NCBI GenBank assembly: GCA_963803575.1
Contig: CAWDMW010000001.1
Span: 16,086 to 80,085 of the forward strand
Source: an uncultured Alphaproteobacteria bacterium
GTDB lineage: Bacteria > Pseudomonadota > Alphaproteobacteria > Rickettsiales > UBA998
Direction: 5' to 3'
Length of the DNA: 64,000 bases
Part shown: piece by piece, positions 29,618-38,399 of the stretch
Position numbering within the stretch: position 1 is the first letter of the stretch
How the letters are laid out: the number at the start of each line of letters is the position of its first letter
The notes under the pieces: generated by a model
What the model was told of the DNA's origin: nothing
Seen by the model: only the letters and a program-made list of their open reading frames with translations
The model's database searches: none
Program-made: the position numbers and the translations under genes

Positions 29618-30820
29618 TTAGAAGTCGATTTTACTAAAAGAATCATAAAGAGGTCCAAACACAGCAGCAATTACCCAGAAGATAATGGCACCCATAACCA
29701 CTGTCATAATAGGCTGTATCAAACTAACCATGCCGTCCACAGCATCATTTACTTCACGCTTGTAAAAATAATTAATGTTTTCTAGTGCTTCACTAAGGTT
29801 TCCGCTTTCTTCTCCAATCTTGAACATACGTATAACCAAGTTTGGAAACCTACTCGACATACGTACAGATTCCGTTAGTCTGTTACCTTCCAAAACACTA
29901 CGATGGACAAGCTCAATGGTCTCTTTGAGTACACGGTTTTTAACGACATCCCGACCAGCAGTTAATGAGTCCAGTATATCAATACCACTATTAAACATGA
30001 CAGCAAAAAAATGCGTAAATCTTGCCATGTTAATTTTATTGACGACATTTCCTATCACAGGTATTTTAAGTATCATTGCATCAAATTTATACGCAAAACC
30101 ATACGAAATACTGTATAATGTTCCTACGATAACTGCCGTAATGACAGGGAGAGAGAAAACAATATACCAGTATTCCCCAAAAAACTCGGATGTTACAATG
30201 AGTGCTTCGGTATGTGCCGGTATTTCAAACCCTTGCGATATAATAAAATCAACTAATTGTGGGACAACAAATAGCATTAATATACTAATGACACCCGTCA
30301 ACACAACACCAAGGACTGCAGGGTACGTAATCGCCTTACGAACTTTACGACGTAGCTCTGAGCTCCATTTCATATGCTCGCTGAGATTCAGGAAAGATTC
30401 TTGCAAATTTCCTGTTTTTTCACCAGCGGCTATCAGCCCCACAAAAACTTCATTAAACACATTTGGATGCTTAGCAAGCGATTCAGAGAATGTCGTACCT
30501 GTTTTGATTGATTCATAAACGCTGGCTAGAATATCATGGAGCTTTGCAGAATCTGTGGCATCTCTTGCATCCGCCAATGCTTCATGCAACGGCACCCCTG
30601 CCCTGTCAAGCTGTTCCATATGAAGACAGAACACAATCATATCCTTCATCTTCACTTTAGACATGAACGAGGAACGCCGTGTTTTAGCTTCGCGGCAATC
30701 AATCAAGTCAAGCCCAAGCTCCTTTAGGCGACTTTCCAAGTCAAGCTCATTTCCGGCCATTAATTCGCCTTTCATCGTGCGACCGTTTTCGTTTACTGCG
30801 CGATAATTGAATGTATACAT
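29618..30820 (-). CDS. Type II secretion / type IV pilus platform protein (GspF/PilC family)
   Basis: 400 aa with two T2SSF repeats, each with a cytoplasmic helical bundle plus TM helices (..FSESLAKHPNVFNEVFVGLIAAGEKTGNL.. and ..LTESVRMSSRFPNLVIRMFKIGEESGNL..). Confidence 0.9.
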   Translation of the reverse strand: MYTFNYRAVNENGRTMKGELMAGNELDLESRLKELGLDLIDCREAKTRRSSFMSKVKMKDMIVFCLHMEQLDRAGVPLHEALADARDATDSAKLHDILASVYESIKTGTTFSESLAKHPNVFNEVFVGLIAAGEKTGNLQESFLNLSEHMKWSSELRRKVRKAITYPAVLGVVLTGVISILMLFVVPQLVDFIISQGFEIPAHTEALIVTSEFFGEYWYIVFSLPVITAVIVGTLYSISYGFAYKFDAMILKIPVIGNVVNKINMARFTHFFAVMFNSGIDILDSLTAGRDVVKNRVLKETIELVHRSVLEGNRLTESVRMSSRFPNLVIRMFKIGEESGNLSEALENINYFYKREVNDAVDGMVSLIQPIMTVVMGAIIFWVIAAVFGPLYDSFSKIDF

Positions 30821-30830
30821 AATGTTTTTC

Positions 30831-32900
30831 CTATAGCCTGTCAGTCACATCCACGCTGCCGACCAGCTCTTTAACATCAATTTCCCCTTGCAGCACTTTG
30901 TCTATTCCATCATCAATCATGGGAATAAATCCCTTGCTCAGAAGATACTCTGTCATCTGATTGCGCGTAGCACCCACCGTAATTAATTCGTCCATACCGC
31001 GATCAACTGGCATGATCTCTATCATCGCCGTGCGCCCTTTATATCCTTTCTGACGGCACGCTGGACATCCAACCGCCTCATATATTTCTGGTGGATCATC
31101 CACAGGCTTTCCAAGCACTTTGCATTCTTGTGGAGTGGCTAATCTTGGACGTTTACACTCAACACATAATTTACGTGCTAAACGCTGAGCCACACCACAT
31201 ATCAGCGATCCGGCCAACATATGAGATGGAACGCCAATGTCATTTAATCTGGGGATAATTCCAAGCGCATCATTCGTGTGTAGAGTGGAGAATACCTGAT
31301 GCCCTGTTAGCGCAGCACGCACAGCATTCAGCGCCGTATCTTCATCGCGTACCTCACCAATAAAGATGATATCAGGATCCTGGCGCATCAGAGATTTGAT
31401 TCCGGTTGAAAATCCGATCACTCCTTCTTTTACATTGGTTTGACGTATCAATGGCAATTCATATTCCACCGGGTCTTCTAATGTCATAATATTGACATCA
31501 ATCGAATTAATGTAATTGAGTATGGAATAAAGTGTGGTTGTTTTTCCGCTTCCTGTTGGCCCCGTAACGATGATAATGCCTTCCGGACGTTTCAATAACT
31601 TTTTGAGCAAGGTCATATTATGCTCACTGAATCCTAAAAACTCTAACGGAAGAATAGATTTAGACTTATCCAACAGTCGCATAACAATGTTTTCACCAAA
31701 TACGGTGGGTTGGGTAGCGACACGAAAATCAACTTCCCGTCCAAGCGCATTAAACGTAATACGTCCATCCTGAGGCATTCGTGTCTCGGCGATGTTCATA
31801 CCTGACATGATTTTGATACGCACCGCGATTGCCGACCAATAATCACGGTGAAAGGTACGCACTTGCATTAACTGCCCATCTACCCTGTAACGTAGCCGCA
31901 AAAACGTTCCTTCAGGTTCAAAATGTAAATCTGATGCTCCCTGCTTCACGGCATCAATCAATAAGGCATTGACAAGCCGGACTGTAGGGCTAACGTAACC
32001 ATCTTCACTGCCATCTAATATACTCGCATTATTGTCACGGATACCCGTCTCAATTTCTTTCAAAATACCATCAACCGATATTTCGTAATCATAATATCGG
32101 TTGATTAGCTCCTGTATCTCGCTATCAGTACAATAAAGTTGTTTTACGTTAACGCCTTTGGGCATATGGCGGCGTAGGGCATCTGTGGCCAGCACATCAT
32201 AAACATCAAGCATGGCTACTTTGAGTTCATTTCTCTCAAGCGAGATGGGAACGATTTTATGCCGTACCGCTACCTCTTTGGGAATCATTTTGATGATAAC
32301 CGGGTCAAGCATCATTTTCTTTGCATCAAACCGCTCTGTACCTGTTGATTCTGCCAGCACTTCGGCAAGTGCGCTTTCTGTGATAAAGCCGAAATCCACC
32401 AAAATATGCCCAAGCATATCTTTTGTGCGTTTTTGTTCTTGCAGTGCCACATCCAACTGATCGCGAGAAATCAGACCCATAGTAATAAGCTGTTCACCCA
32501 AACGCATTTTTGGAGCGTTTTGTGTCTGGCTTTTGCCTGCATTAACCGGTAGCAAGCTTTCATGCTCCCCTGTCAGCAATCCTGAATGTAGTGATGCCGT
32601 GATATAGTCCGGTAAGGGCTGCAAGGCCTCGGAATTTGGTTCAGGCATCTCCGCTTCTACGGTCGTTGTTTCAGGATCAGGTAACACGTAACGACTATGG
32701 TCGCCTGATGCTTCTGTAGGTGGTTCTACGTTCTCAACCGGTGTCTCTATCGCATCGTTAGTGGATTGCTCCGCTTCAAATGCCACGCGCTGCTGGCGTA
32801 AAAAATTATCATAATCAGACATAACCTGTTTGTCTTCAGATGCTACAGTTGCAGCAAGCTCGTCATTGTCTGATGTATGATGATAGTCGTGCGGGTGCAT
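30831..32900 (-). CDS. GspE/PilB/MshE-family secretion ATPase with an MshEN-type N-domain and an acidic N-terminal extension
   Basis: Walker A GPTGSGKTT, Asp/His boxes and Walker B (IIFIGEVRD), tetracysteine CVEC..CPAC, and a T2SE_Nter region with a tandem RLGxxLIxxGLI....L...L..Q motif. The first ~131 aa are acidic and probably disordered. Confidence 0.92.
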   Translation of the reverse strand: MHPHDYHHTSDNDELAATVASEDKQVMSDYDNFLRQQRVAFEAEQSTNDAIETPVENVEPPTEASGDHSRYVLPDPETTTVEAEMPEPNSEALQPLPDYITASLHSGLLTGEHESLLPVNAGKSQTQNAPKMRLGEQLITMGLISRDQLDVALQEQKRTKDMLGHILVDFGFITESALAEVLAESTGTERFDAKKMMLDPVIIKMIPKEVAVRHKIVPISLERNELKVAMLDVYDVLATDALRRHMPKGVNVKQLYCTDSEIQELINRYYDYEISVDGILKEIETGIRDNNASILDGSEDGYVSPTVRLVNALLIDAVKQGASDLHFEPEGTFLRLRYRVDGQLMQVRTFHRDYWSAIAVRIKIMSGMNIAETRMPQDGRITFNALGREVDFRVATQPTVFGENIVMRLLDKSKSILPLEFLGFSEHNMTLLKKLLKRPEGIIIVTGPTGSGKTTTLYSILNYINSIDVNIMTLEDPVEYELPLIRQTNVKEGVIGFSTGIKSLMRQDPDIIFIGEVRDEDTALNAVRAALTGHQVFSTLHTNDALGIIPRLNDIGVPSHMLAGSLICGVAQRLARKLCVECKRPRLATPQECKVLGKPVDDPPEIYEAVGCPACRQKGYKGRTAMIEIMPVDRGMDELITVGATRNQMTEYLLSKGFIPMIDDGIDKVLQGEIDVKELVGSVDVTDRL

Positions 32901-33051
32901 ATCCTTTAAACATAGGTGGAGGCTAAATTCATCTGGATAGCGTCACATAAATAGATTAACTAAGTACAAATAAGGCCATCACATTCTTGATATTGCGTAT
33001 TAGGTATGCTTAGGTAGCTGCATTACTTCATCTTACATAAAGGTCATCGTT

Positions 33052-34029
33052 ATGTATATATTACTAGCCCTATGCATTGGGTTGCTGTCAACTCATGCAA
33101 ATGCTATTGAACTAACGCTACCTATAGACTGTGAGGTTGGTAAAAACTGTTTTATCCAAAATTACGTCGATCAGCAACCGGGTGAGAAGCATCAGGACTT
33201 TATGTGTCGCCCGCTCTCGTATGACGGCCATAAAGGAACAGATTTTCGCATCCCCGTATTTACCGTTGAGCAGGAGACGCCAAATGTCTTAGCTGCAGCA
33301 GATGGAACTGTTTTGTCTGTGCGTGATGGTGAGATAGATGCGCTGATTGGTAATAAAGATAAGCCGGACAGCACCGGAAAAGAATGCGGTAATGGTCTAG
33401 TCATCAAACATGCTGATGGCTGGCAAACGCAATATTGTCATATGAAACAATCATCTGTCGCTGTTAAAGCAGGAGACATGGTTACAGTCGGTGATGTGCT
33501 TGGTCAGGTTGGATTATCAGGGAAAACAGAATTTCCCCACTTGCATCTGTCTGTACGCAATGCAAAGGGCGATACAATAGACCCTTTTACGGGTGAACAA
33601 ATGGAATCAGGATGCTCAAATAATGTCAGCAGTCTGAAGCCTTTATGGTCTGCACAGACGCTCGCTGCTATGCCAGTAAGTGCGTACGGACTAATAGATG
33701 CCTCTATTGCTGATGAAATGGTTACCGTGCAAGACGTGATGCTTGGGAAGCATCATGCGAGTGGCTTATCCAAAGACGCGCCTGCAATCGTTGTGTGGGC
33801 TGTTGCTTATGGCCTGACGCCCGATATAGGTATGACCATCATGTTATTTAACCCTGAAAATCAGGTGATGGCGCAAAAAACTTTTAAGCCTGAACGGTTC
33901 AACGCGCAATATATTGGTATGGTGGGCAAGCGTAACAGTACAGATGCGCCTTGGCCACCCGGAGAATATGCAGCCAAGATTGTTATTGGTAACAAGCCCG
34001 TACATACCATCACATTCACAGTAGAATGA
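33052..34029 (+). CDS. Secreted M23-family metallopeptidase
   Basis: Signal peptide, then HKGTDFRI, DG..TQYCHM and EFPHLHLSV (the H.H zinc motif of LytM/M23). Confidence 0.85.
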   Translation: MYILLALCIGLLSTHANAIELTLPIDCEVGKNCFIQNYVDQQPGEKHQDFMCRPLSYDGHKGTDFRIPVFTVEQETPNVLAAADGTVLSVRDGEIDALIGNKDKPDSTGKECGNGLVIKHADGWQTQYCHMKQSSVAVKAGDMVTVGDVLGQVGLSGKTEFPHLHLSVRNAKGDTIDPFTGEQMESGCSNNVSSLKPLWSAQTLAAMPVSAYGLIDASIADEMVTVQDVMLGKHHASGLSKDAPAIVVWAVAYGLTPDIGMTIMLFNPENQVMAQKTFKPERFNAQYIGMVGKRNSTDAPWPPGEYAAKIVIGNKPVHTITFTVE

Positions 34030-34041
34030 TCGGCAATAATG

Positions 34042-34692
34042 TTAAAGACAGCGTTCCATAATAGTGTTGTGCAATGCTTCCATTAACGGAAGGTACGTTT
34101 GTTTGAATGGCCGCTTGTCGGAAATCATCGTTTGCGCTTCGTTCAGTGCAGCAAGGTCTTTGCAATCCTGCAATGTTACATTACTTAATCGCGCGGCGCA
34201 GGCATATGGATCAGGCGTTTGCAAAACAGACGCATCGGTGATACGCGCGATGAACGTATGTAGTGTATACACAATACCACGTGGATTTTGGTAAGGGAGT
34301 GTACCACAATCATAGAGCGTCAGAATATCTTCAGTTAACAGCCCTAACTCCTCATGTGCTTCGCGCATGGCTGCCTCATCCGGTGATTCATCTTTTAACC
34401 ATTGTGGATTGCCTGGCACATGGTTTCGCCCTTTATCGACCCAATGTTCTTTATCGTTAATACGGTAAAGCGCCTGCATAGTGCCGCGGGCAATTTGATA
34501 GGAAAGCATACGGCCATGCTCTCCCTGACGTTGAGGAACTGGCGCATAAATTACGAAGCGCGGCACACCGTGCTTATCCAGATAGAATGGCAATATGGCT
34601 GCTTTATTACCAGATTTAGCGCTAACACGTAACCGTGCTAACGATACTGCATCTCTAAGACAAACATTGTGAACCATACGCCAACCACCCAT
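34042..34692 (-). CDS. NUDIX hydrolase
   Basis: Nudix box G(X5)E(X7)REAHEELGL. I preferred the ATG at 34692, 1 nt after the acyl-CoA dehydrogenase stop (translational coupling), over the track start at 34737. Confidence 0.7.
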   Translation of the reverse strand: MGGWRMVHNVCLRDAVSLARLRVSAKSGNKAAILPFYLDKHGVPRFVIYAPVPQRQGEHGRMLSYQIARGTMQALYRINDKEHWVDKGRNHVPGNPQWLKDESPDEAAMREAHEELGLLTEDILTLYDCGTLPYQNPRGIVYTLHTFIARITDASVLQTPDPYACAARLSNVTLQDCKDLAALNEAQTMISDKRPFKQTYLPLMEALHNTIMERCL

Positions 34693-34693
34693 A

Positions 34694-36478
34694 TTATTTC
34701 TGCGATAATGATGCATCCATAATGGTTTGCGATCCATTGGTCAATACGGCCAGCAATGACATAGTTTGCGGTAACACCCGTTGCATATAAAAACGTGCCG
34801 TATCCAGTTTCTCCTGATAAAATACGTCATCACTTCCTTCTGAGGTATGAGACAACGCAATATGTGCCTGCCTTGCCCAGCTATAAGCCAACACAACCAG
34901 CCCAAACATACGCAAATATTCTGTCGCACCAGCCATTGCCTGATTGGGATTGCTTAGTCCTTCTTTTGCCAGCCACAGGGACGCTTTGCGCAAATATCCT
35001 GTATGCTTGGCTAGCGGCGCAATAAATTCTGCCATATCAGCATTATCACGATGCGCCTCAATGAACGCTTCTACAGGATGAAAAAAGGCTGAAAGGTAAG
35101 CACCTGTACGATAAGAGAGTTTTCGCCCTACCAGATCCATGGCCTGAATACCGTTCGTTCCTTCGTAAATCATGGCAATACGTGCGTCACGTGCATATTG
35201 TTCCACACCATATTCACGTATGTAGCCATATCCCCCAAAACACTGCATTGCTTCTTGCGTTACCGCGTGACCTCCATCAGTCAGGTACGCTTTAACAATG
35301 GGCGTCATCAGCTGCACGAATGCATCCGATGACTCGCGCTGCTGGGCATCCGGATGGCGCAAAGACAAGTCATGATGCAACGCTGTTTCCAACGCCAACG
35401 CACGCGCTCCTTGCGTGAAGCTTCGCATGGTTAGCAGCGATTTACGTATCTCAGGATGGACGATAATAGGATCAGCCGCTTTTTCAGGATGCACTGCTCC
35501 GGTCAATGCGCGTCCCTGCTCCCGTTCATATGCATACGCCAACGCATTTTGGTAAGCAGTTTCAGCCACGCCCAACCCCTGCACTCCAACGTAAACGCGG
35601 GCAGAGTTCATCATGGTAAACATGGCTCTCAAACCTTGGTGTGGACTGCCAACCAAGTACCCCTTTGCGTTTTCATACGATATGGAACAGGTAGGTGATG
35701 CGTGAATCCCCATTTTTTCTTCAATGCCTGTGCAATGGACGGCATTACGATCGCCTAACGAGCCATCATCATGAACATGGTATTTTGAAACCAAAAACAA
35801 GCTAATGCCCTTCACACCAGCTGGCGCATCTGGCAGTCTGGCTAAAACAAGATGCAAAATATTTTTGCTCATATCATGTTCACCACATGAGATAAATATC
35901 TTGTTCCCTGTGATATGATAGGTGCCGTCATCGTGCGGTTCAGCTACTGTGCGAATCAGCCCTAAATCTGTACCGCATTGTGGTTCTGTCAGGCACATTA
36001 CGCCTGTCCATTCCCCTGATACCAGTTTAGGCAGGTAGCGTGCTTTCATTGCATCATCTAAATAATGCGCCATCAGGTTATAAGCGCTATGTGACAGGCC
36101 GGGGGTTAAGCCAAAGGACAGGTTAGCTGAACAGATCATTTCTGTCATGGGCATGTTCAATACTTCGGGCAACCCCTGCCCGCCATAGTCTGGGTCACAG
36201 GTAAAAGATGGCCAGCCACCTTCACAGTAATGCTTGTAGGCCTTAATGAATCCATTGGGTGTGGTCACTTCGCCGTTTTGCCATGTACATCCTTGTTCGT
36301 CACCCGATGCATTTAAAGGGAAAAGCTCTTGCTCACAAAATTTTGCGGCTTCTTCAAGTAGTGGTGTAGCCAGATCGCCTACTGCGTCAAAACCGGGTAT
36401 ATGTGCGTATGTTTCAAGCAATAAATATTCATGCAGTAGAAATGAAAAATCGCGTAAAGGAGCGTGATATACGGGCAT
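34694..36478 (-). CDS. Long-form acyl-CoA dehydrogenase (~594 aa, with N- and C-terminal extension domains)
   Basis: Contains GVMCLTEPQCGTDLG, NKIFISCGEHD and FGGYGYIREYGVEQYARDARIAMIYEGTNGIQ, which are canonical ACAD motifs. Confidence 0.9.
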   Translation of the reverse strand: MPVYHAPLRDFSFLLHEYLLLETYAHIPGFDAVGDLATPLLEEAAKFCEQELFPLNASGDEQGCTWQNGEVTTPNGFIKAYKHYCEGGWPSFTCDPDYGGQGLPEVLNMPMTEMICSANLSFGLTPGLSHSAYNLMAHYLDDAMKARYLPKLVSGEWTGVMCLTEPQCGTDLGLIRTVAEPHDDGTYHITGNKIFISCGEHDMSKNILHLVLARLPDAPAGVKGISLFLVSKYHVHDDGSLGDRNAVHCTGIEEKMGIHASPTCSISYENAKGYLVGSPHQGLRAMFTMMNSARVYVGVQGLGVAETAYQNALAYAYEREQGRALTGAVHPEKAADPIIVHPEIRKSLLTMRSFTQGARALALETALHHDLSLRHPDAQQRESSDAFVQLMTPIVKAYLTDGGHAVTQEAMQCFGGYGYIREYGVEQYARDARIAMIYEGTNGIQAMDLVGRKLSYRTGAYLSAFFHPVEAFIEAHRDNADMAEFIAPLAKHTGYLRKASLWLAKEGLSNPNQAMAGATEYLRMFGLVVLAYSWARQAHIALSHTSEGSDDVFYQEKLDTARFYMQRVLPQTMSLLAVLTNGSQTIMDASLSQK

Positions 36479-36627
36479 GTAATGATTATCCTGATAATAA
36501 TGAACTATCGCACTATTTTATCAGAAAAACGGTGCCGACTCAATGCTGGCAAAATGAGGCAGTATGACGGATATATAAGGAAATAATTATAAATGAGAAT
36601 GATAATAGTAATTATTATCAATTACAG

Positions 36628-36657
36628 CGAAATAAAGGAACCTATGAAAGGTTTCCT
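36628..36657 (-). terminator. Rho-independent terminator downstream of the 129-aa gene
   Basis: On the minus strand, aggaaacc / ggttcct form a hairpin (36636-36657, one bulge) followed by TTATTT. Confidence 0.5.
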
Positions 36658-36679
36658 CTATTTTAGACGCTAAGTGTAG

Positions 36680-37069
36680 TTACGCATCTTCATGGTCAGA
36701 GAAAGGTTCTTCTTCCTCTTGTAAGTCAGCCTGTTCAAGCGAATCCATGTTCATCTTCGGCTTTGAAATAGGGGTGTTGTTTTTCTTGGCAGACGCTTTG
36801 TTGCGCACTAATTTGCCTTGCTTATCATCCCAGGAATATTGATAAACCACGGTTTTGACACCCGTCATGACAATATCACCGTCGGCTAATTGCAATACAT
36901 CAAAGCCTTTTTGCAGCGCATCGTTAATTAGCGACGAAGACTGACGCAGATAGGTCGGGTTAGACATTGTCTCTGTCATAGCTTCTTCGATGATAGTACT
37001 GTTTCCACTTGAAAGACTCTTGCTAGACAAGCTCAGCTTTTTAATCAAGTTGTTATTGTAGTTACTCAT
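36680..37069 (-). CDS. Hypothetical protein (129 aa) with an acidic C-terminus
   Basis: Isolated ORF with its own terminator and a 210-bp upstream region. No motif recognised. Confidence 0.5.
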   Translation of the reverse strand: MSNYNNNLIKKLSLSSKSLSSGNSTIIEEAMTETMSNPTYLRQSSSLINDALQKGFDVLQLADGDIVMTGVKTVVYQYSWDDKQGKLVRNKASAKKNNTPISKPKMNMDSLEQADLQEEEEPFSDHEDA

Positions 37070-37279
37070 TTTAGTTCCTTTTGTTCCTTACTTAGTAGGT
37101 GTTAGGCGATTACGTTATCTATATATTAACAAAAATAGATATACATACAAGTCTAATTAGTACAATTAAGCGTATTTGTACACGCTTTTTTATATTATTA
37201 TATGCTGACCCATTTATATATCTGGTTACGCTTAGTTAATCTGGCTTTCATGGGTTATGCTCTTACATTACTAACGAAT

Positions 37280-38395
37280 TTATATATTGCTACCATACTT
37301 CAACCGGCTTTCCATAAAACCCAATTCAGTTACGGGATTCATGGCCAGCACCTGATGACGAAACTGGTTGTAACTCTCATAAATACGTTTGTTAATGTCC
37401 CCTTCTGTGGATACGGCATATGTCACGTCATTTGCCAAATTAAATACGCGTTCCAGTATATCCTCAGGATACTTACCAATTGTCAAGCCTTGAATATGTT
37501 GCAATTTTGCAAATGCACTCACATTATGAGCAAAATACTCTGAAGTCATCAGCATCGTTTCGGTTGCACAAGCCGCCTTCACAATACGTTTCAGGTCGGG
37601 TTCCAGCCCATCATACGCCGGGCGATGTATCATTAATTCCAGTGCCGCGCCGCCTTCATGAAAGCCGGGGCCGTAATAATAATTGGCAATACGATGAAAA
37701 CCAAATGCCATATCATTCCACGGGCCTACCCACTCCAGCGCGTCAATCACGCCTTGCTGAAGCGAAGTGTAGAGTTCACCGCCGGGAATGGTTTGTGGGT
37801 TAGCCCCTAGCTTAGCCATGATTTCTCCAGCTAATCCCGGCATACGAATCTTTAGACCTTTGAGGTCATCAACTGAGTGTAGAGGCTTATTATACCATCC
37901 ACCCATTTGTGTACCCGTGTTACCTGCAGGGAATGAGACAAGGCCGAACTGGCCGTAAAGTTCATGCATTAACTTCAATCCACCCCCATAATACATCCAT
38001 GCCTGATGTTCCTGCGCGGTCAGTCCACCCGGAACAGCACAGAAGAAAGCAAACGCACGATTTTTCGGTAGCCAGTAATAAGGGGCGGCGTGCGCCATTT
38101 CGATGGAACCATTGGCGCAGGCATCAAACACACCAAGTGCCGGCACCAGCTCCCCTGCCCCATAAGCAGCAACCTGCAAACGGCCTCCAGACATCACGGT
38201 AATGCGTTCTGCCAGCCGTGTGGCACCGGTGCCAAGGCCGGGCAATAATTTTGGCCAGGTCATCGCCATGCGCCATTTTTTCACAGGCGAAATGATAGCT
38301 GGCGCAACGGGTTTAGCCAGTGCTGCGTGACTTACCACTGATCCAGCCAGTAAAGCGCCACCTGTTTGCAGAAACGTACGACGTGAATGTTTCAT
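37280..38395 (-). CDS. DctP-type (TRAP family-7) periplasmic solute-binding protein with a twin-arginine signal
   Basis: MKHSRRTFLQTGGALLAGSVVSHAALA is a Tat signal. ..YYWLPKNRAFAFF..PGGL, GGWYNKPL..DLKGLKIRMPG and GVIDALEWVGPWND are typical of Tat-dependent DctP-like SBPs. Confidence 0.85.
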   Translation of the reverse strand: MKHSRRTFLQTGGALLAGSVVSHAALAKPVAPAIISPVKKWRMAMTWPKLLPGLGTGATRLAERITVMSGGRLQVAAYGAGELVPALGVFDACANGSIEMAHAAPYYWLPKNRAFAFFCAVPGGLTAQEHQAWMYYGGGLKLMHELYGQFGLVSFPAGNTGTQMGGWYNKPLHSVDDLKGLKIRMPGLAGEIMAKLGANPQTIPGGELYTSLQQGVIDALEWVGPWNDMAFGFHRIANYYYGPGFHEGGAALELMIHRPAYDGLEPDLKRIVKAACATETMLMTSEYFAHNVSAFAKLQHIQGLTIGKYPEDILERVFNLANDVTYAVSTEGDINKRIYESYNQFRHQVLAMNPVTELGFMESRLKYGSNI

Positions 38396-38399
38396 ACCG

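Noticed and set aside
29775-30518. Long antisense ORFs opposite real genes: 247 aa opposite pilC. Similar cases are 11367..11921, 39247..39660, 40942..41391 and 57859..58347.
   Set aside because: Each lies entirely within, or overlapping, a confidently identified gene on the other strand, has no motif, and has the biased Ser/Arg/Leu-rich composition typical of shadow frames. I treated them as non-coding.
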